64,000 nucleotides of DNA. Source: Eledone cirrhosa (lineage: Eukaryota). The notes beneath the pieces are model-generated. The model saw nothing but the letters and a program-made list of their open reading frames with translations. It was not told the DNA's origin and made no database searches. Positions 14,003 to 27,353 of this stretch are shown here, one piece after another. Where the stretch lies: positions 1,922,001-1,986,000 of the forward strand of contig OZ024762.1 in the NCBI GenBank assembly GCA_964016885.1, given 5' to 3'. The position numbers were made by a program, and so were the translations under genes. The stretch's first letter is position 1. Each line of letters opens with the position of its first letter.

Positions 14003-14368
14003 CTTTAGCCTGAAGCCACACATATCCACGAGAATCTTCAGAAAGGCTGTGAAGGGTTATAGTCAAATTATTAGCTCCTTTATTATAAATTTTCCGGAAG
14101 CCATACAGACCCTTATATCCACAACCGATGTTGACTTTATTCCCGTTGATGTCAGAAATCTTGAGACCTTTCTGACATACCAGCTTGCTACTGGTGCTTA
14201 TTGTGATGTCCACAGCATGTAGGGTAACTGCACTGCCAAAGCCTGTGTATATATGACATTGGCATTGGTGAATACCACCAGAAATAGACTCGGGGTAATT
14301 CTTGTTTCCAAGAAACACAGATTTCCCTCTCTGTCTTCCAGAATGGCAGAATGGCACTATGTTGCTCT
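14003..14368 (-). CDS. Receptor gene, coding exon 3: CUB-like beta domain
   Basis: Acceptor tttctacag|AG, donor G|gtaggt; 366 nt, phase 1-1; PFC...VFLGNKNYP...CQCHI...C...L.I.D...C...LTITL...GYVWLQ follows the CUB consensus. Confidence 0.87.
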
Positions 14369-14375
14369 CTGTAGA

Positions 14376-14413
<38 letters not shown>

Positions 14414-14644
14414 GTCAGCACTACTGCAATGGTAAAGAAACACATATATATCTATATCTATATCTATATATATCAAAAAAAGCACCCAGCTCTCACTGTA
14501 AATGAGGTTGGTGTTAGGAAGGGCATCCAGCTGTAGAAATCAAGCCAGAATCAGTTCCTGTATGAGCAAGGCAAAGTCAGCCGACCGGACACTGCCCACA
14601 ACAGGACAATCCGTCTAACCCATATATTTATAAAACCATATTTA

Positions 14645-14702
14645 TTCTATTATATATATTTCAAGGGTACCAAAAACTTTGGTACGATTTCATCAGATAA
14701 AA
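14645..14702 (-). ncRNA. Type I hammerhead ribozyme, family E
   Basis: Minus strand: TTTTAT-CTGATGA-aatcGTACCAAAgttTTTGGTACcctt-GAAA-TATATA-TA-ATAGAA; stem I pairs (one G-U); stem III is the palindrome ATATATAT. Confidence 0.7.
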
Positions 14703-14916
14703 TACAAAGTGTGTTTTATAAATTTTGACATAGTCAAGGAAAACATAGCTTATCAGTTGAATATTCCTTGGATAAATATGGTTTTATAAATATAGTTTCC
14801 ATTTATTTAATATCATTGAATATTTACTCCAGAAATCTGTCGAGTGCTTTGATTCAGATATAAACATTTATATTTGTTGAATTTCCAACAAATTAAATAT
14901 CCCTTCTATCTATCTA

Positions 14917-14971
<55 letters not shown>

Positions 14972-15222
14972 CTGAAGACAGCATATATATGTGAAGGTAT
15001 GTATATTTCCTCTGATAGAATGTAATATTTTTACATAGATCTATATGATATACATACCAACACATATATATCCTAGAAACGATTGTAAAATGATGAATTC
15101 TTTAATATAAGGAACTTGTTCTTTGTTTTTATTCATTGTTTTTATTAATTTATATATATATATAAAAGTACCAGTAATACACTGGTTAATTGCTGGCCTT
15201 GTGCCTAACGTAGAAACAATTA

Positions 15223-15262
<40 letters not shown>

Positions 15263-15785
15263 GATGATGATACATGTAATTTTGCTTTCTGCATTTTGTT
15301 TTGTTCATTTATTAACTATATATATATATATATATATATATACTAACAAGGAACGTTAAATGATGATAATGATGATGATGATATAAAAAGCATATATATA
15401 TATATATATATATACGTGCATATGAGTGAGAGAGGGTCTGTATAGAAGTGTGTGTGTGTTCCTGTGTGTATGTTTATATGTGTGTGTGTATGTGTATATG
15501 TGTGTTTATGTATAATTGCATGTGTTGTCGTGTATATGTGTATACGTATGTATATGTGTATATGTGTATATGTGTATGTATACATGTACTTAGATCACAG
15601 CACCCATTTATCTATCCCTAAATTTCGAAACTAAAGAAACCAGATGAAGGCAGATTATTTTAATTGAACAACTTCACTGGTTGAGTATCTCTATAAATAC
15701 ACATTGGAGGCAGAACATATGTTAGTATGGCAACAGATAAAACAGAGAGAGATATATAGATGATAGATATATACAGATAATGCAG

Positions 15786-15827
<42 letters not shown>

Positions 15828-16077
15828 ATAGTTTGAGAGGGTCGTGCTGCCATTAAATACATAAACGAAATAAGTGTATATATATATATATATATATACA
15901 CATATATTTATATATATATGTTCATATGTATATATATATATATACATATACATATATTTATATATATATGTTCATATGTATATATATATATATACATATA
16001 CATATATTTATATATATATGTTCATATGTATATAGATATATAAATATTTACATATTTACATACACACATACACAGAA

Positions 16078-16110
<33 letters not shown>

Positions 16111-16120
16111 CATACATACA

Positions 16121-16219
16121 CAGGGTGTACCCAAAATTATATACATACTTCAACACTATTCTAATAAATATTGCCTGTACAGGTAATCAAAGTATGTATA
16201 CATTTTTTGAGACGCCCTG
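16121..16219. mobile_element. Tc1/mariner-type MITE
   Basis: Imperfect TIRs CAGGGTGT...ACGCCCTG inside a TA/CA repeat. Confidence 0.6.
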
Positions 16220-16255
<36 letters not shown>

Positions 16256-16320
16256 TATATAGCGTGAAGCTAATAACACTATGTACCATTGACTCCTACG
16301 TGTATGAGTGAGTGTATGTA

Positions 16321-16357
<37 letters not shown>

Positions 16358-16491
16358 GTGTATGTGTATATATATATATATTATATTATATATCTGTATT
16401 ATATATATATATATATAAAAATAATAATGAAATTATTGTGTAAAGTGCTCAGGTGCACTACAACTCGTCAATATAGTACATAGAATAATAC

Positions 16492-16565
16492 ATTGGGTTG
16501 TAACATAAATTCCTACCGTTTTTTTATTAAGAAGTTTTATAACAATGGCGGGAAGTTATGTTACA

Positions 16566-16572
<7 letters not shown>
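16492..16572. mobile_element. Mariner-type mini-MITE (related copy at 37925-37995)
   Basis: GGGTTGTAACATAA...TTATGTTACAACCC inverted termini. Confidence 0.55.
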
Positions 16573-16609
<37 letters not shown>

Positions 16610-16610
16610 T

Positions 16611-17078
16611 ACACTGGTGTGTATGATTGTGTATAAAAGATTATATTAATAAAATTATATTAATAAAATTTATAATGGTATTAGAATGAAATAGTATGGT
16701 AAAATATTAAATGTTAAGTGTTAATTGAACAAGTACAGTCAAGTTTTCAATTTTCAACTTTCAGAGTTAAAAATTGCAAACTTGACTGTCACCACAGAAT
16801 ATGAACCTAAAGATTGCAAAAGCATGAAACTACTTGTTGCTTCAGGTTCATATTCTGTGTGACAGTCAAGTTTGCAATTTTCAACAGTTGAAAATTGCAA
16901 ACTTGACTGTCACCACATATTATGATCCTGAAGATTGCAAAAGCATGAAAGTACTTGTTCAATTAACACTTAACATTTAATATTCTACCATACTATTTCA
17001 TTCTAATACCATTATAAATTTTAAAGGATTGTAAATAAAACGAGTAAATCAGACAAAGTTGGAATTCCTTTTATTAAT
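16611..17078. mobile_element. Rearranged copy of the family-A hammerhead palindrome
   Basis: Same arms as 34561-34937 with an internal duplication/inversion; plus-strand hammerhead with intact core at 16923-16961, degenerate copy at 16802-16838. Confidence 0.8.
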
Positions 17079-17242
17079 ATATATATGCAAGCAAGACAAC
17101 CACTCTTGCCTCAAGTGGGAAAACTCCCGTCCAAACCCATGCAAGCGTGGAAGATGGACGTTAAACGACGATGATGATGATGATGATGATATATATAGTG
17201 ACAAAACATAAGTCAATTGCATGAACTCATAATCCTTTATTT

Positions 17243-17299
17243 ACTGCTATATATATTTTCGATGATAGCCATTGAATGGTTATGACCTCATCAGGCAGT
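17243..17299 (-). ncRNA. Type I hammerhead ribozyme, family C
   Basis: Minus strand: ACTGC-CTGATGA-GGTCATAACCATTCAATGGCTATCATC-GAAA-aTATATA-TA-GCAGT. Confidence 0.7.
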
Positions 17300-17977
17300 T
17301 AGTCAGTACTTAGATATGCCAGCTCTGTTTTTATGGTGTTGATGGTATCAGAGCCTTGGGACATATATATATATATATATATATACATATATATATGAAA
17401 ATATGGGTGAGAAGAATACTGCTGGTTGCACATGGATAACATGTTATAAAATGAGTCCCTCATCAGTGATTTACCAAACGATCATGGGTATTTCATCGCA
17501 TTAAAAATCATATACCTCACGTTGGAGCGGTAATAACTAAAATAAGTTATTAGGACAATAGAAACGCGTAAAGCGAGTGAGACAAGTAAACAACACAGGG
17601 GGAAGCTAACCGAAGATGGAAATAAACACAAGCAACATAGTTATTCTTTCAGCATAAGCTGTGTGAATATATGAGCGAGTCATATATGTATGTATGTATG
17701 TGTGAGTCATGATAAGGAAGCTGTGTATATCTGGTACACAAGATATAAATGTAATAACTTCAGATATATCTGTTATCAGGTTCTCCATCTCTGATGATAT
17801 TTCTTACTGTAACATCTCAGAAGATAATACATTCCTGTTATTACCAACAGAAATATACAGCTTTCACAACACACAGCTATGTGTGTGTGTGTGTGTGTGT
17901 GTGTATGTATATATATATATGTGTGTGTGTGTGTGTATGTGTATATATCTATATATATATGTGTGTGTGTGTGTATG

Positions 17978-18028
<51 letters not shown>

Positions 18029-18170
18029 CTATATCTATATTTATGTGTGTCTGTATATATATCTATATATATGTGTGTGTGTGTGTGTATATATATAATA
18101 TATATATATGTGTGTGTATATATATATCTATATATATGTGTGTGTATATATATATCTATATCTATATATA

Positions 18171-18227
<57 letters not shown>

Positions 18228-18374
18228 ATTTATATATATATATATAATATATATATGAGTCTATATATATATATGTATGTATATACACACATATTTCAAA
18301 ATTATAAGAAAGTCAAGGATATGAAATTATTATTCATACATACCAAAGTAAATTGTGAAGTACTACACTATAAT

Positions 18375-18417
<43 letters not shown>

Positions 18418-18586
18418 TCACTGTAAATGTGGTTGATGTTAGGAAGGGCATCCAGCTGTAAAAAAACCTGCCAGAGACACTTCCGTACGAGCGTGACCAC
18501 TGTCTCCCGACTATTCCCACATGAAATGAAGAAAACTGTCTAACCCATGCTACTGTGGAAGATGGACGTTAAACGATGATGATGAT

Positions 18587-18659
<73 letters not shown>

Positions 18660-18833
18660 TATTCAAAATATTAACAAATGAAGATATTCATATAATCAAA
18701 ATATATGCTTTATTATATATATTTTGAAGGTACTATGTTGTTTTTTTCCAGTATGTCCTCGTCAGATAAAATATATGATTTGATATATGACATAACTCTA
18801 CAGTCTTGATATTTCAATTCCAGTATTGGCAGT

Positions 18834-18897
<64 letters not shown>

Positions 18898-18900
18898 AAC

Positions 18901-19000
18901 GAGTAGGACCCCAACGGTTGAGCTCAAGCCATTTCGACGGCTAATTCTGGACTGAATTAGCCGTCGAAACGTCTTGAGCTCAGCCGTCGGGGTCCTACTC
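18901..19000. repeat. 100-bp palindrome with a hammerhead 3' remnant (GAAACGTC)
   Basis: gagtaggacccc..cgg.tgagctcaag...cgacggctaattc / gaattagccgtcg...cttgagctca.ccg..ggggtcctactc; partial copy at 39308-39348. Confidence 0.7.
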
Positions 19001-19588
19001 TTTCCTATTTCCCACTCTACTACCCTAGGTATTGAGTACTTTGGTGCGTTATGGACCATCTGGTTCCTTACCACATTTCCTTCGTTATATATATATATAT
19101 ACTGCCATGGACTGGCGTCCTGTCCAGGGGAGAATCTTGTACTCTCAGTCGCTTCACGCCATCAAACCGGGATAAGCACCGGCCAAATGAGCCTTCTGGC
19201 TTAAGACAGACTTTAGACTTTTAGATATATATATACACACATATATATATATTAGGTGGCCCTTATTTCTTAACTTTAGTTAGCTCCCACTCCCCTATCT
19301 TGTTCCAATTAACAGAAACCCAATCTTTGCAAAATTTTACCTCAATCAGACAACTGCAAGGCGACCCTCATCAACTGTGAAATTTTGAACTTTTCACCCG
19401 GAAAGTCATTTTTTCAGATAAAACTTTTTCCTTTGCCTTTCCATCAGAATTACCTAACATTAATCCCGGTGTTTGCATAGCTACGACTTCCTAAAACCGT
19501 GTTTCTTTAGAAATACGAAATTTCTATACATATTTGTATAAAGCTATGCTTGAAGTGAAATCTTATTTCTTATATATATTTATATAAT

Positions 19589-19920
19589 GGAGGCACATGG
19601 CTTAGTGGTTAGAAAGCCTTGCAATCGAAAGGTTGTGAGTTCAATTCTCAGACCGGGTGATGTGTTGTTTCCTTGAGCAAGACACTTTATTTCACATAGC
19701 TCCAGTTTACTCAGCTGTAGAAATGAGATGATAGGGACTGGGGTCCATATCATTCCACTGTAAAGTGGTCGTGGAGGTGCCACGGCAAAAAAGCACCCAG
19801 CACTCACTGTAAATGAGGTTGGTGTTAGGAAGGGCATCCAGCTGTAGAAACCAAGCCAGCATCAGTTCCCGTCCCAACCTTGCAAGCAGGGAAAAGCGGA
19901 CGTATGATGATGATGATGAT
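19589..19920 (+). mobile_element. Near full-length tRNA-derived SINE with a CORE-like central segment and (GAT)n tail
   Basis: A box TGGCTTAGTGG, B box GAGTTCAATTC, CCTTGAGCAAGACACTT, tail GGACGTATGATGATGAT; partial copies at 14477-14620, 18415-18585, 27701-27960, 42057-42175, 57600-57830, 61975-62200. Confidence 0.8.
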
Positions 19921-19970
19921 ATATATATATATATGTGTGTGTGTTATATATATATATATATGTGTGTGTG

Positions 19971-20039
<69 letters not shown>

Positions 20040-20060
20040 TATATATATATATATGTGTGT

Positions 20061-20122
<62 letters not shown>

Positions 20123-20161
20123 AGGAAACTCAGTACAACAACAACAACAACAATAACTCAC

Positions 20162-20518
20162 CTTGAACACAATGGTAGACAACTTGCTGATAATGTGTTT
20201 CTTGATTAGGTTTCGAACACATCGAGGTACTCTTCACAGCAGCCACTCTCCGATCACACGACCGATAGCCGGAGCAATATATCGTGTAATTCGTGTACTG
20301 GGAATCATCTAGAACAATGCAGTCCTTGGGCCCAGCACGGCAGCACATCTGGGGTACCCTTTGTGTCCTTATCAATGATTCGTTGTTACAAATAGTATTT
20401 GGCTTGATCCCGTAGTAGAGGCGCTTGATGGCAATTTTGTGGGAATATGGACAATTAATGACAAGTTTATGATAGGAACAGACTGTCTTGTAGAGGCTCT
20501 CCATCTCTGTTAAGACTT
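20162..20518 (-). CDS. Receptor gene, coding exon 2: SUEL/galactose-binding-lectin-like Cys-rich domain
   Basis: Acceptor gtcttttcag|AA, donor G|gtgagt; 357 nt, phase 1-1; C...L.I.CP...IAI..LYYG...C...CC...DC...CSG..SC...C...Y..V.Y.C pattern. Confidence 0.87.
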
Positions 20519-21087
20519 CTGAAAAGACATTTTGAAAATACATGAGTTTTAAAAGAAATTTTTTTTTGTCAAAATCTAACAAAAATTATGCAACTACGTC
20601 ATGATAGGGCCACGGACTGGTGTTGGGGCTCCAGCACAACCACTTTATAGGATGGACTGGGTGCTTTTTGTTGTGGCACCAGCACAACCACCTTACAGGG
20701 TGGACTGGGTGCATTTTGTCATGGCTTCAGCCCAACCCCTTTACAGGATGAACTGGTTGCTTTTTATTCAAGATGAATACCACAAATCATTTCATCTGAC
20801 AATCTAAAAACTGCACTATTCAAATTTAATCAAAATAAAATCAAATTTATTTCCTGAAATCTTTAAAACAAAAAATAATTGTTTCTACATTTGGCACAAG
20901 GCCAGCAATTATCCCAGTGTATTACTGGTACTTTATCTTATTGACCCTGTAAGGATGAAAGGCAAAGTTAACCTCGGCGGTAACTCTATGCCACAACTCT
21001 ATGCCACAAAGCATGGCATCCGACACTACCGGTTTACTACGAATCCACCAGCCCCTTTTTGAAAACAAAGAATAATAACACTCTTAA

Positions 21088-21307
21088 CCCTTTAGCATTC
21101 ACATTATTTTATATTTACTATTATATTTTCATAGTAAAGGCTTTACCTCACATAATTATCTCACATAATATTGACTCTATGAGATTTTGAAAGTATTTAT
21201 TTTGAGATCAATACCTTAACATCAGTTTAAGCGACCAGTTACAGCCAGTTTCAACAGAAAAAAGTAGAGAATTCTGGTTGGTTTTGGCCGGTTTGAACAC
21301 TAAAGGG
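21088..21307 (+). mobile_element. Complete unexpanded piggyBac-type MITE
   Basis: TTAA|CCCTTTAG...CTAAAGGG|TTAA. Confidence 0.85.
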
Positions 21308-22304
21308 TTAATCAAATATTTAATTACATTAATGAATAATTAGAAATATTATTAAATAGGTTATTTATTTTTAGAGGATCCATTGTGTACAATGTGTGCA
21401 AAAGTCGTCGCTTGTACAAAGAAAACAAACAGAAAAAGGGGAAAGAAGAAAATCAACTAAGAAAGAAATATAGTATTTCAGTGTGAACTAGAACACCAGA
21501 CTACTAATAAAATAGAAATACCGAAACTAACAGTTAGTAATTCACTGATATATTTAAACTTCTTTGTATTTTTATTGTTTGTTTTTGTGTTGGTTTGTTT
21601 TTTTTAAATTATTAAACAAAAGATTAAAAATTCTTCAGTGTTGTATTTTTATTTTTTAAATTTTTATTTTCATTTTATTTAAATATATTTTTAGGGTGAA
21701 AAACTTTGCCTTTCATCCTTACGGGGTTGATAAAATAAAGTACCAGTAATACACTGAGGTAATTGCTGGCCTTGTGCCAAAAGTAGAAACATTTATTATT
21801 ATTATTATTACTATTTTTGTTCCAACTAATTATTTCCATTTTAGAAGTAAAGAGTTATCTTCTTACATCTATTTACAGAACTACTGCAAATTCATTCTTC
21901 ATTTTTCAAGCATACTTGGTTGAGCTTTTCTAAGACACTAACTAACTAACTGACCATAGGGTATTAGCTAATTCTTATTTCTTACATTTCCTGTAACAGA
22001 TGCAGACTATTGAGTGAGCTAAGTGCTGCTACTTGAGTTAAGGCCAGTGTTACAGAAAGGCATAGCATTACACACTGATTCACCACATCAAAATCACTGA
22101 AAAAACTTCCTCTTAGTATCACTTTTAACACTTCTTTTTTAGAAGAGTCATATTGTTATCAAACAGACATGGGGTCAGAGTTCCCCCAACAAAAACTGTG
22201 TCTCATGGTCTCGGGGTCATTGAAAAATAATGTTTGATAAGTGCTTATACATTTACACATTTTGAATATATGTATTTATATATTTATGTGTGTATGTATG
22301 TGTG

Positions 22305-22341
<37 letters not shown>

Positions 22342-22462
22342 GTATATATATACATAGACAGAGAGAGATATATGAAGAAATATAGTAGTTTAATATATAC
22401 ATAGACAGAGAGAGATATATGAAGAAATATAGTAGTTTAATGCTTGATATAGTAAGAAAAGA

Positions 22463-22500
22463 GTCTTAACGTTTCAGGCATTAGTCCTTCATCAGAAGAT
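22463..22500 (-). ncRNA. Minimal hammerhead ribozyme, family H (one stem II mismatch)
   Basis: Minus strand: ATCTT-CTGATGA-A-GGACtaatGCCT-GAAA-CG-TT-AAGAC; homologous to 40259-40296. Confidence 0.6.
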
Positions 22501-22608
22501 AGAGTGAGAAATAAAAGATGAAATAGAAAGATAGATTGAGAGGACGAAGGAATGGAAAACAGAAATTTTTGAGAAAAAGCATGTTGGTATTCAGTCTGGT
22601 TTCCAAAT

Positions 22609-22657
<49 letters not shown>

Positions 22658-22979
22658 TACATGTATGTATATATGCATATATATATATATCCATATATAC
22701 ATATACATACATACATGTATATATGCATATATATATATATATCGTTATATTTGGGGAGGGTCATATTTGCGTAATATTGCCAGAATTAATAACAGAACAC
22801 ACTCACTGTTTGGTTGGTTTTCGCTTCTCGCTGTCTTTTATATATATATATCTGCGATCTAACTTACTCGGTCCTCAATGGATATATATCCATATATACA
22901 TATATATATATATCCATATATACATATACATACATACATGTACATAAATATATATATATATATATATATAAGTGGTTAT

Positions 22980-23038
22980 ACAACAGTTAGTTCACCATAC
23001 CGAGATCAATTGTTCTCGGTATGGTGAACGAACTGTTG
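22980..23038. repeat. Collapsed palindrome of hammerhead family F
   Basis: caacagttagttcaccataccgaga-tcaattgt-tctcggtatggtgaacgaactgttg; flank 23040-23117 is the reverse complement of 39931-40010. Confidence 0.7.
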
Positions 23039-23113
23039 TGTTACCACTTCTACCTAACTCGTCCCATGGACTGAGTGCTCTACCACTACGGATATTACCT
23101 TCCAGCGTTCTAC

Positions 23114-23162
<49 letters not shown>

Positions 23163-23420
23163 TGCATGTATATATGATGGCTGCAAACTCTGCTAAGAGT
23201 ATTGCAATCGCTTGTCAGATTATAGAGTTTGGTACACTTTTAGGCTACGGCCAGCCACATGAACCTGTAGCATATCCTGAACAAGCAATGCCTGTGCTTT
23301 GAAGGTTTTTTAAATGGGGAAAGGCCTTGCACCTCGATCAATCCCACTCTCTGAGCATCGAAAACACTACCCGAGAAGGAGAACTGGTCAACATCATCGG
23401 ATACATATATATATATATAT

Positions 23421-23463
<43 letters not shown>

Positions 23464-23622
23464 TATAGCAAGGGTTGGACATGTTGTCACAAATGAATTC
23501 AGTACTCAAGCAAAGCTACAGACCCCTTAGATGATCTGAAGACCTGTTATACCCTTCACACAACTGAAGAGATGGGACCTTATCAAATGTGATATGGGAA
23601 GTTAAATGATGTAAGAACTTAC

Positions 23623-23698
23623 CATTTGTGAATAGGGTGATGAAGATAGCAAACAATGGTGGAATTAACTTAGGAATGTGATTCTCTTTTCTGGCCAT
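23623..23698 (-). CDS. Receptor gene, coding exon 1: start codon and signal peptide (MARKENHIPKLIPPLFAIFITLFTN)
   Basis: ATG at 23698 with an in-frame upstream stop; donor G|gtaagt (phase 1) fits exon 2; acceptor attttcag at 23738 implies a further upstream 5'UTR exon. Confidence 0.78.
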
Positions 23699-24564
23699 GT
23701 TTGAGGTATTTTACAAGGAACTCTCATAACATTCTTTCTGAAAATAATACAAAGGGATTTTAATAACATAGTAAATTGTAATGACATAGGAATTGTATCT
23801 CAACCTACAGTTTTACACAGTTAAAAAACTCCATATACATAATCTACTTTTCAAATCTAATTGCTGGCTCTATGCTGTTTCGATGTGTTTATTCCTGAAA
23901 CCTTTGAAGTTGGGAAACTTTATGATATTCTTTATAATTTCCTGAGGGTATACAAGTTATAGGTAACATCTTTGGTGTAGTTAATTGTTTAATTGTTTAC
24001 AAATAATTTCCAGTTGTTCTACAAATACATGTTACATTGTAACCGCATTGAAACAGATGTAGAAATAAAGGAATGAATGTAAGTTGGTAACCTTGATTTT
24101 CTTGAGAGAGATAGATAGATAGATATACATATAAATATATAAATATAGATATATAGATATACATATAGATATACACACATATATATGTGTATAGAAATAA
24201 CTACACACACATATATACATACTCATACATATATATACACACACTTACACACATATGTATATATACATACACATATATACACACAGCTGTTGAAAGCAAT
24301 GCAATCTAACACTTCTAATAAACAATCATCAGAGACTAATTAACTCCAATTACTTGGAATTGTGAAGACATTGGTTATTACTAACAACTATCAGTTTCTT
24401 TGGTGGGCGGGGGGGGGGGGGGTGATAGGCCATTAGACAAACAGATAGACAGATGGACGGACAGACAGATGGAGGGAGTGAGAGAGAAGGGGACAGCTAG
24501 ATAGATAGATAGAAAGACAGATAGATAAATAGATAGATAGACAGATAGATAGATAGATAGATAT

Positions 24565-25860
24565 ATTTCTTTATTAGCCACAGGGCAAAAGAAGGGGACA
24601 AATACAAAGGGGGAAGTTTACATACAATAAAAACGTGTAAAATGTTATCACAGATGGAATTTAAAAGTTAGTCGATTTTCCCCAATAGAGGGAGACAGTT
24701 TATATGGGTAACACATACCCCCGAAAAAAATGTGCAACCCTCATCTCCAGGAGTACGAAGAGCTTGTACTCCTTTCCTCTCCTCCTCCTTTTCCTCAATC
24801 TACAGGCTGATATAGAGAGAAGGCCCATTCACTCGGGCCATTCTCGCCACTTTCACCCACCTTTCATAAAACTTGCTGGGGTACAGCACCTCTCTCTCCA
24901 TCCTGATTCTTCTTCCAAAGTGGTAGATAGATAGATAGATAGATAGACAGATACAGACAGATAGATAGATAGATAGATACAGACAGATAGATAGATAGAT
25001 AGATAGATAGACAGATAGATAGATAGATAGACAGATACAGACAGATAGATAGATAGATACAGATAAATAGATAGATAGATAGATATATTTCTTTATTAGC
25101 CACAGGGGCACAAAAGAAGGGGACAAATACAAAGGGGGAAGTTTACATACAATAAAAACGTGTAAAATGTTATCACAGATGGAATTTAAAAGTTAGTCGA
25201 TTTTCCCCAATAGAGGGAGACAGTTTATATGGGTAACACATACCCCCGAAAAAAATGTGCAACCCTCATCTCCAGGAGTACGAAGAGCTTGTACTCCTTT
25301 CCTCTCCTCCTCCTTTTCCTCAATCTACAGGCTGATATAGAGAGAAGGCCCATTCACTCGGGCCATTCTCGCCACTTTCACCCACCTTTCATAAAACTTG
25401 CTGGGGTACAGCACCTCTCTCTCCATCCTGATTCTTCTTCCAAAGTGGTAGATAGATAGATAGATAGATAGACAGATACAGACAGATAGATAGATAGATA
25501 GATACAGACAGATAGATAGATAGATAGATAGATAGACAGATAGATAGATAGATAGACAGATACAGACAGATAGATAGATAGATACAGATAAATAGATAGA
25601 TAGATAGATATATTTCTTTATTAGCCACAGGGGCACAAAAGAAGGGGACAAATACAAAGGGGGAAGTTTACATACAATAAAAACGTGTAAAATGTTATCA
25701 CAGATGGAATTTAAAAGTTAGTCGATTTTCCCCAATAGAGGGAGACAGTTTATATGGGTAACACATACCCCCGAAAAAAATGTGCAACCCTCATCTTCAG
25801 GAGTACGAAGAGCTTGTACTCCTTTCCTCTCCTCCTCCTTTTCCTCAATCTACAGGCTGA
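24565..25860 (-). mobile_element. 525-bp tandem repeat (~2.5 copies) of an L1/Tx1-like LINE 3' end plus (GATA)n
   Basis: Identical ORFs 525 bp apart (24704/25229); minus strand YHFGRRIRMEREVLYPSKFYERWVKVARMARVNGPSLYISL* then 3'UTR with AATAAA. Confidence 0.75.
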
Positions 25861-26056
25861 TAGATAGATAGATAGATAGATAGACAGACAGATAGATAGA
25901 TAGACAGATACAGACAGATAGACAGACAGATAGATAGATAGACAGATACAGACAGATAGACAGACAGCCTGTGTGTTCGACCATGCCTGACCAAATCATT
26001 ATTACTTACAGAAACTGTGGTTAAAGTTGTGTTCACTAGAAATCTGTTGTATATAG

Positions 26057-26566
26057 GCTGTATATACACAATGCTGTATATACACAATGCTGTATATACA
26101 CAATGCTGTATACATATACAACGCTGTATATACACAATGCTGTATATACACAATGCTGTATACATATACAACGCTGTATATACACAATGCTGTATACATA
26201 TACAACGCTGTATATACACAATGCTGTATACATATACAACGCTGTATATACACAATGCTGTATACATATACAACGCTGTATATACACAATGCTGTATACA
26301 TATACAACGCTGTATATACACAATGCTGTATACATATACAACGCTGTATATACACAATGCTGTATACATATACAACGCTGTATATACACAATGCTGTATA
26401 CATATACAACGCTGTATATACACAATGCTGTATACATATACAACGCTGTATATACACAATGCTGTATACATATACAACGCTGTATATACACAATGCTGTA
26501 TACATAGACAACGCTGTATATACACAATGCTGTATATACACAATGCTGTATATACATAATGCTGTA
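26057..26566. repeat. 34-bp (16+18) minisatellite TACATATACAACGCTGTATATACACAATGCTGTA
   Basis: Direct periodicity. Confidence 0.9.
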
Positions 26567-26922
26567 TGTTTTTATTATCTTACATCTGATTGAAACTCAC
26601 TCAGGCACCAACTACTGGGAGAGGCAGAGAGGCATGAAAGCCCTCACCCCAACATGCAGCATTAATCATTGCTTTTGTTTATCAATTCTATACATATGAG
26701 AGGCAGGTGATATCATCTCATCAATTATCCAAATTATCCAGCTATCTACATTGACAGCTGGTGTATATACATATATATATATATGTATATATGTATATAT
26801 ATATGTATATATATACACACACACACATATACATATACATACACACACACATATATATATACATACACACACACATATACACACACACACACATATATAT
26901 ATATATACACACACATATATAT

Positions 26923-26983
<61 letters not shown>

Positions 26984-27153
26984 CACATACACATATGTGT
27001 ATATTTATATATGTGTGTGTCTTTGTGTATGTATATATAACTTCACTTGTAGTTGGTATATTCTCATACTTTTATAATTTTGCTATGTAGATCTCTCTCT
27101 ATATATATATGTGTGTATATATATATATACACATATATATAGAGAGAGAGATC

Positions 27154-27194
<41 letters not shown>

Positions 27195-27301
27195 ATAATA
27201 ATAAATTTGAAAACTAAAATCCAAAGAGGGCTCGATAAGGATAAATATATATCAAATATATAAGAACCGTAGAGCAAATATTTATTTAAATAACAGACTA
27301 A

Positions 27302-27353
27302 AGTTTAAGCAAAGTAATCGCCGCTTTCACCCTTAATGGGATCTTCTGAAACT
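27302..27353 (-). ncRNA. Type I hammerhead-like motif, family D (CAGAAGA core variant)
   Basis: Minus strand: AGTTT-CAGAAGA-TCCCattaaGGGT-GAAA-GC...GC-TT-AAACT; partial copy at 9620-9652 has canonical CTGAAGA. Confidence 0.55.

Noticed and set aside
17401-17870. CTGATGA motifs at 17460 (-), 17791 (+) and 28187 (-), and GAAACACGTGTA at about 38086
   Set aside because: No complete stem I/II/III could be built; probably degraded Penelope-type ends
17709-18461. Many YI/CV/HT/ER-rich ORFs here and throughout the window
   Set aside because: Translations of (TA)n, (TG)n and (GA)n microsatellites
18708-18771. Family-E-like hammerheads at 18708-18771 (-) and 27525-27583 (+)
   Set aside because: GAAA is mutated to AAAA or CAAA; treated as dead relics
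21376-21486. Possible plus-strand terminal exon GSIVYNVCKSRR...SV*
   Set aside because: No partner exons or recognisable homology; short and A-rich
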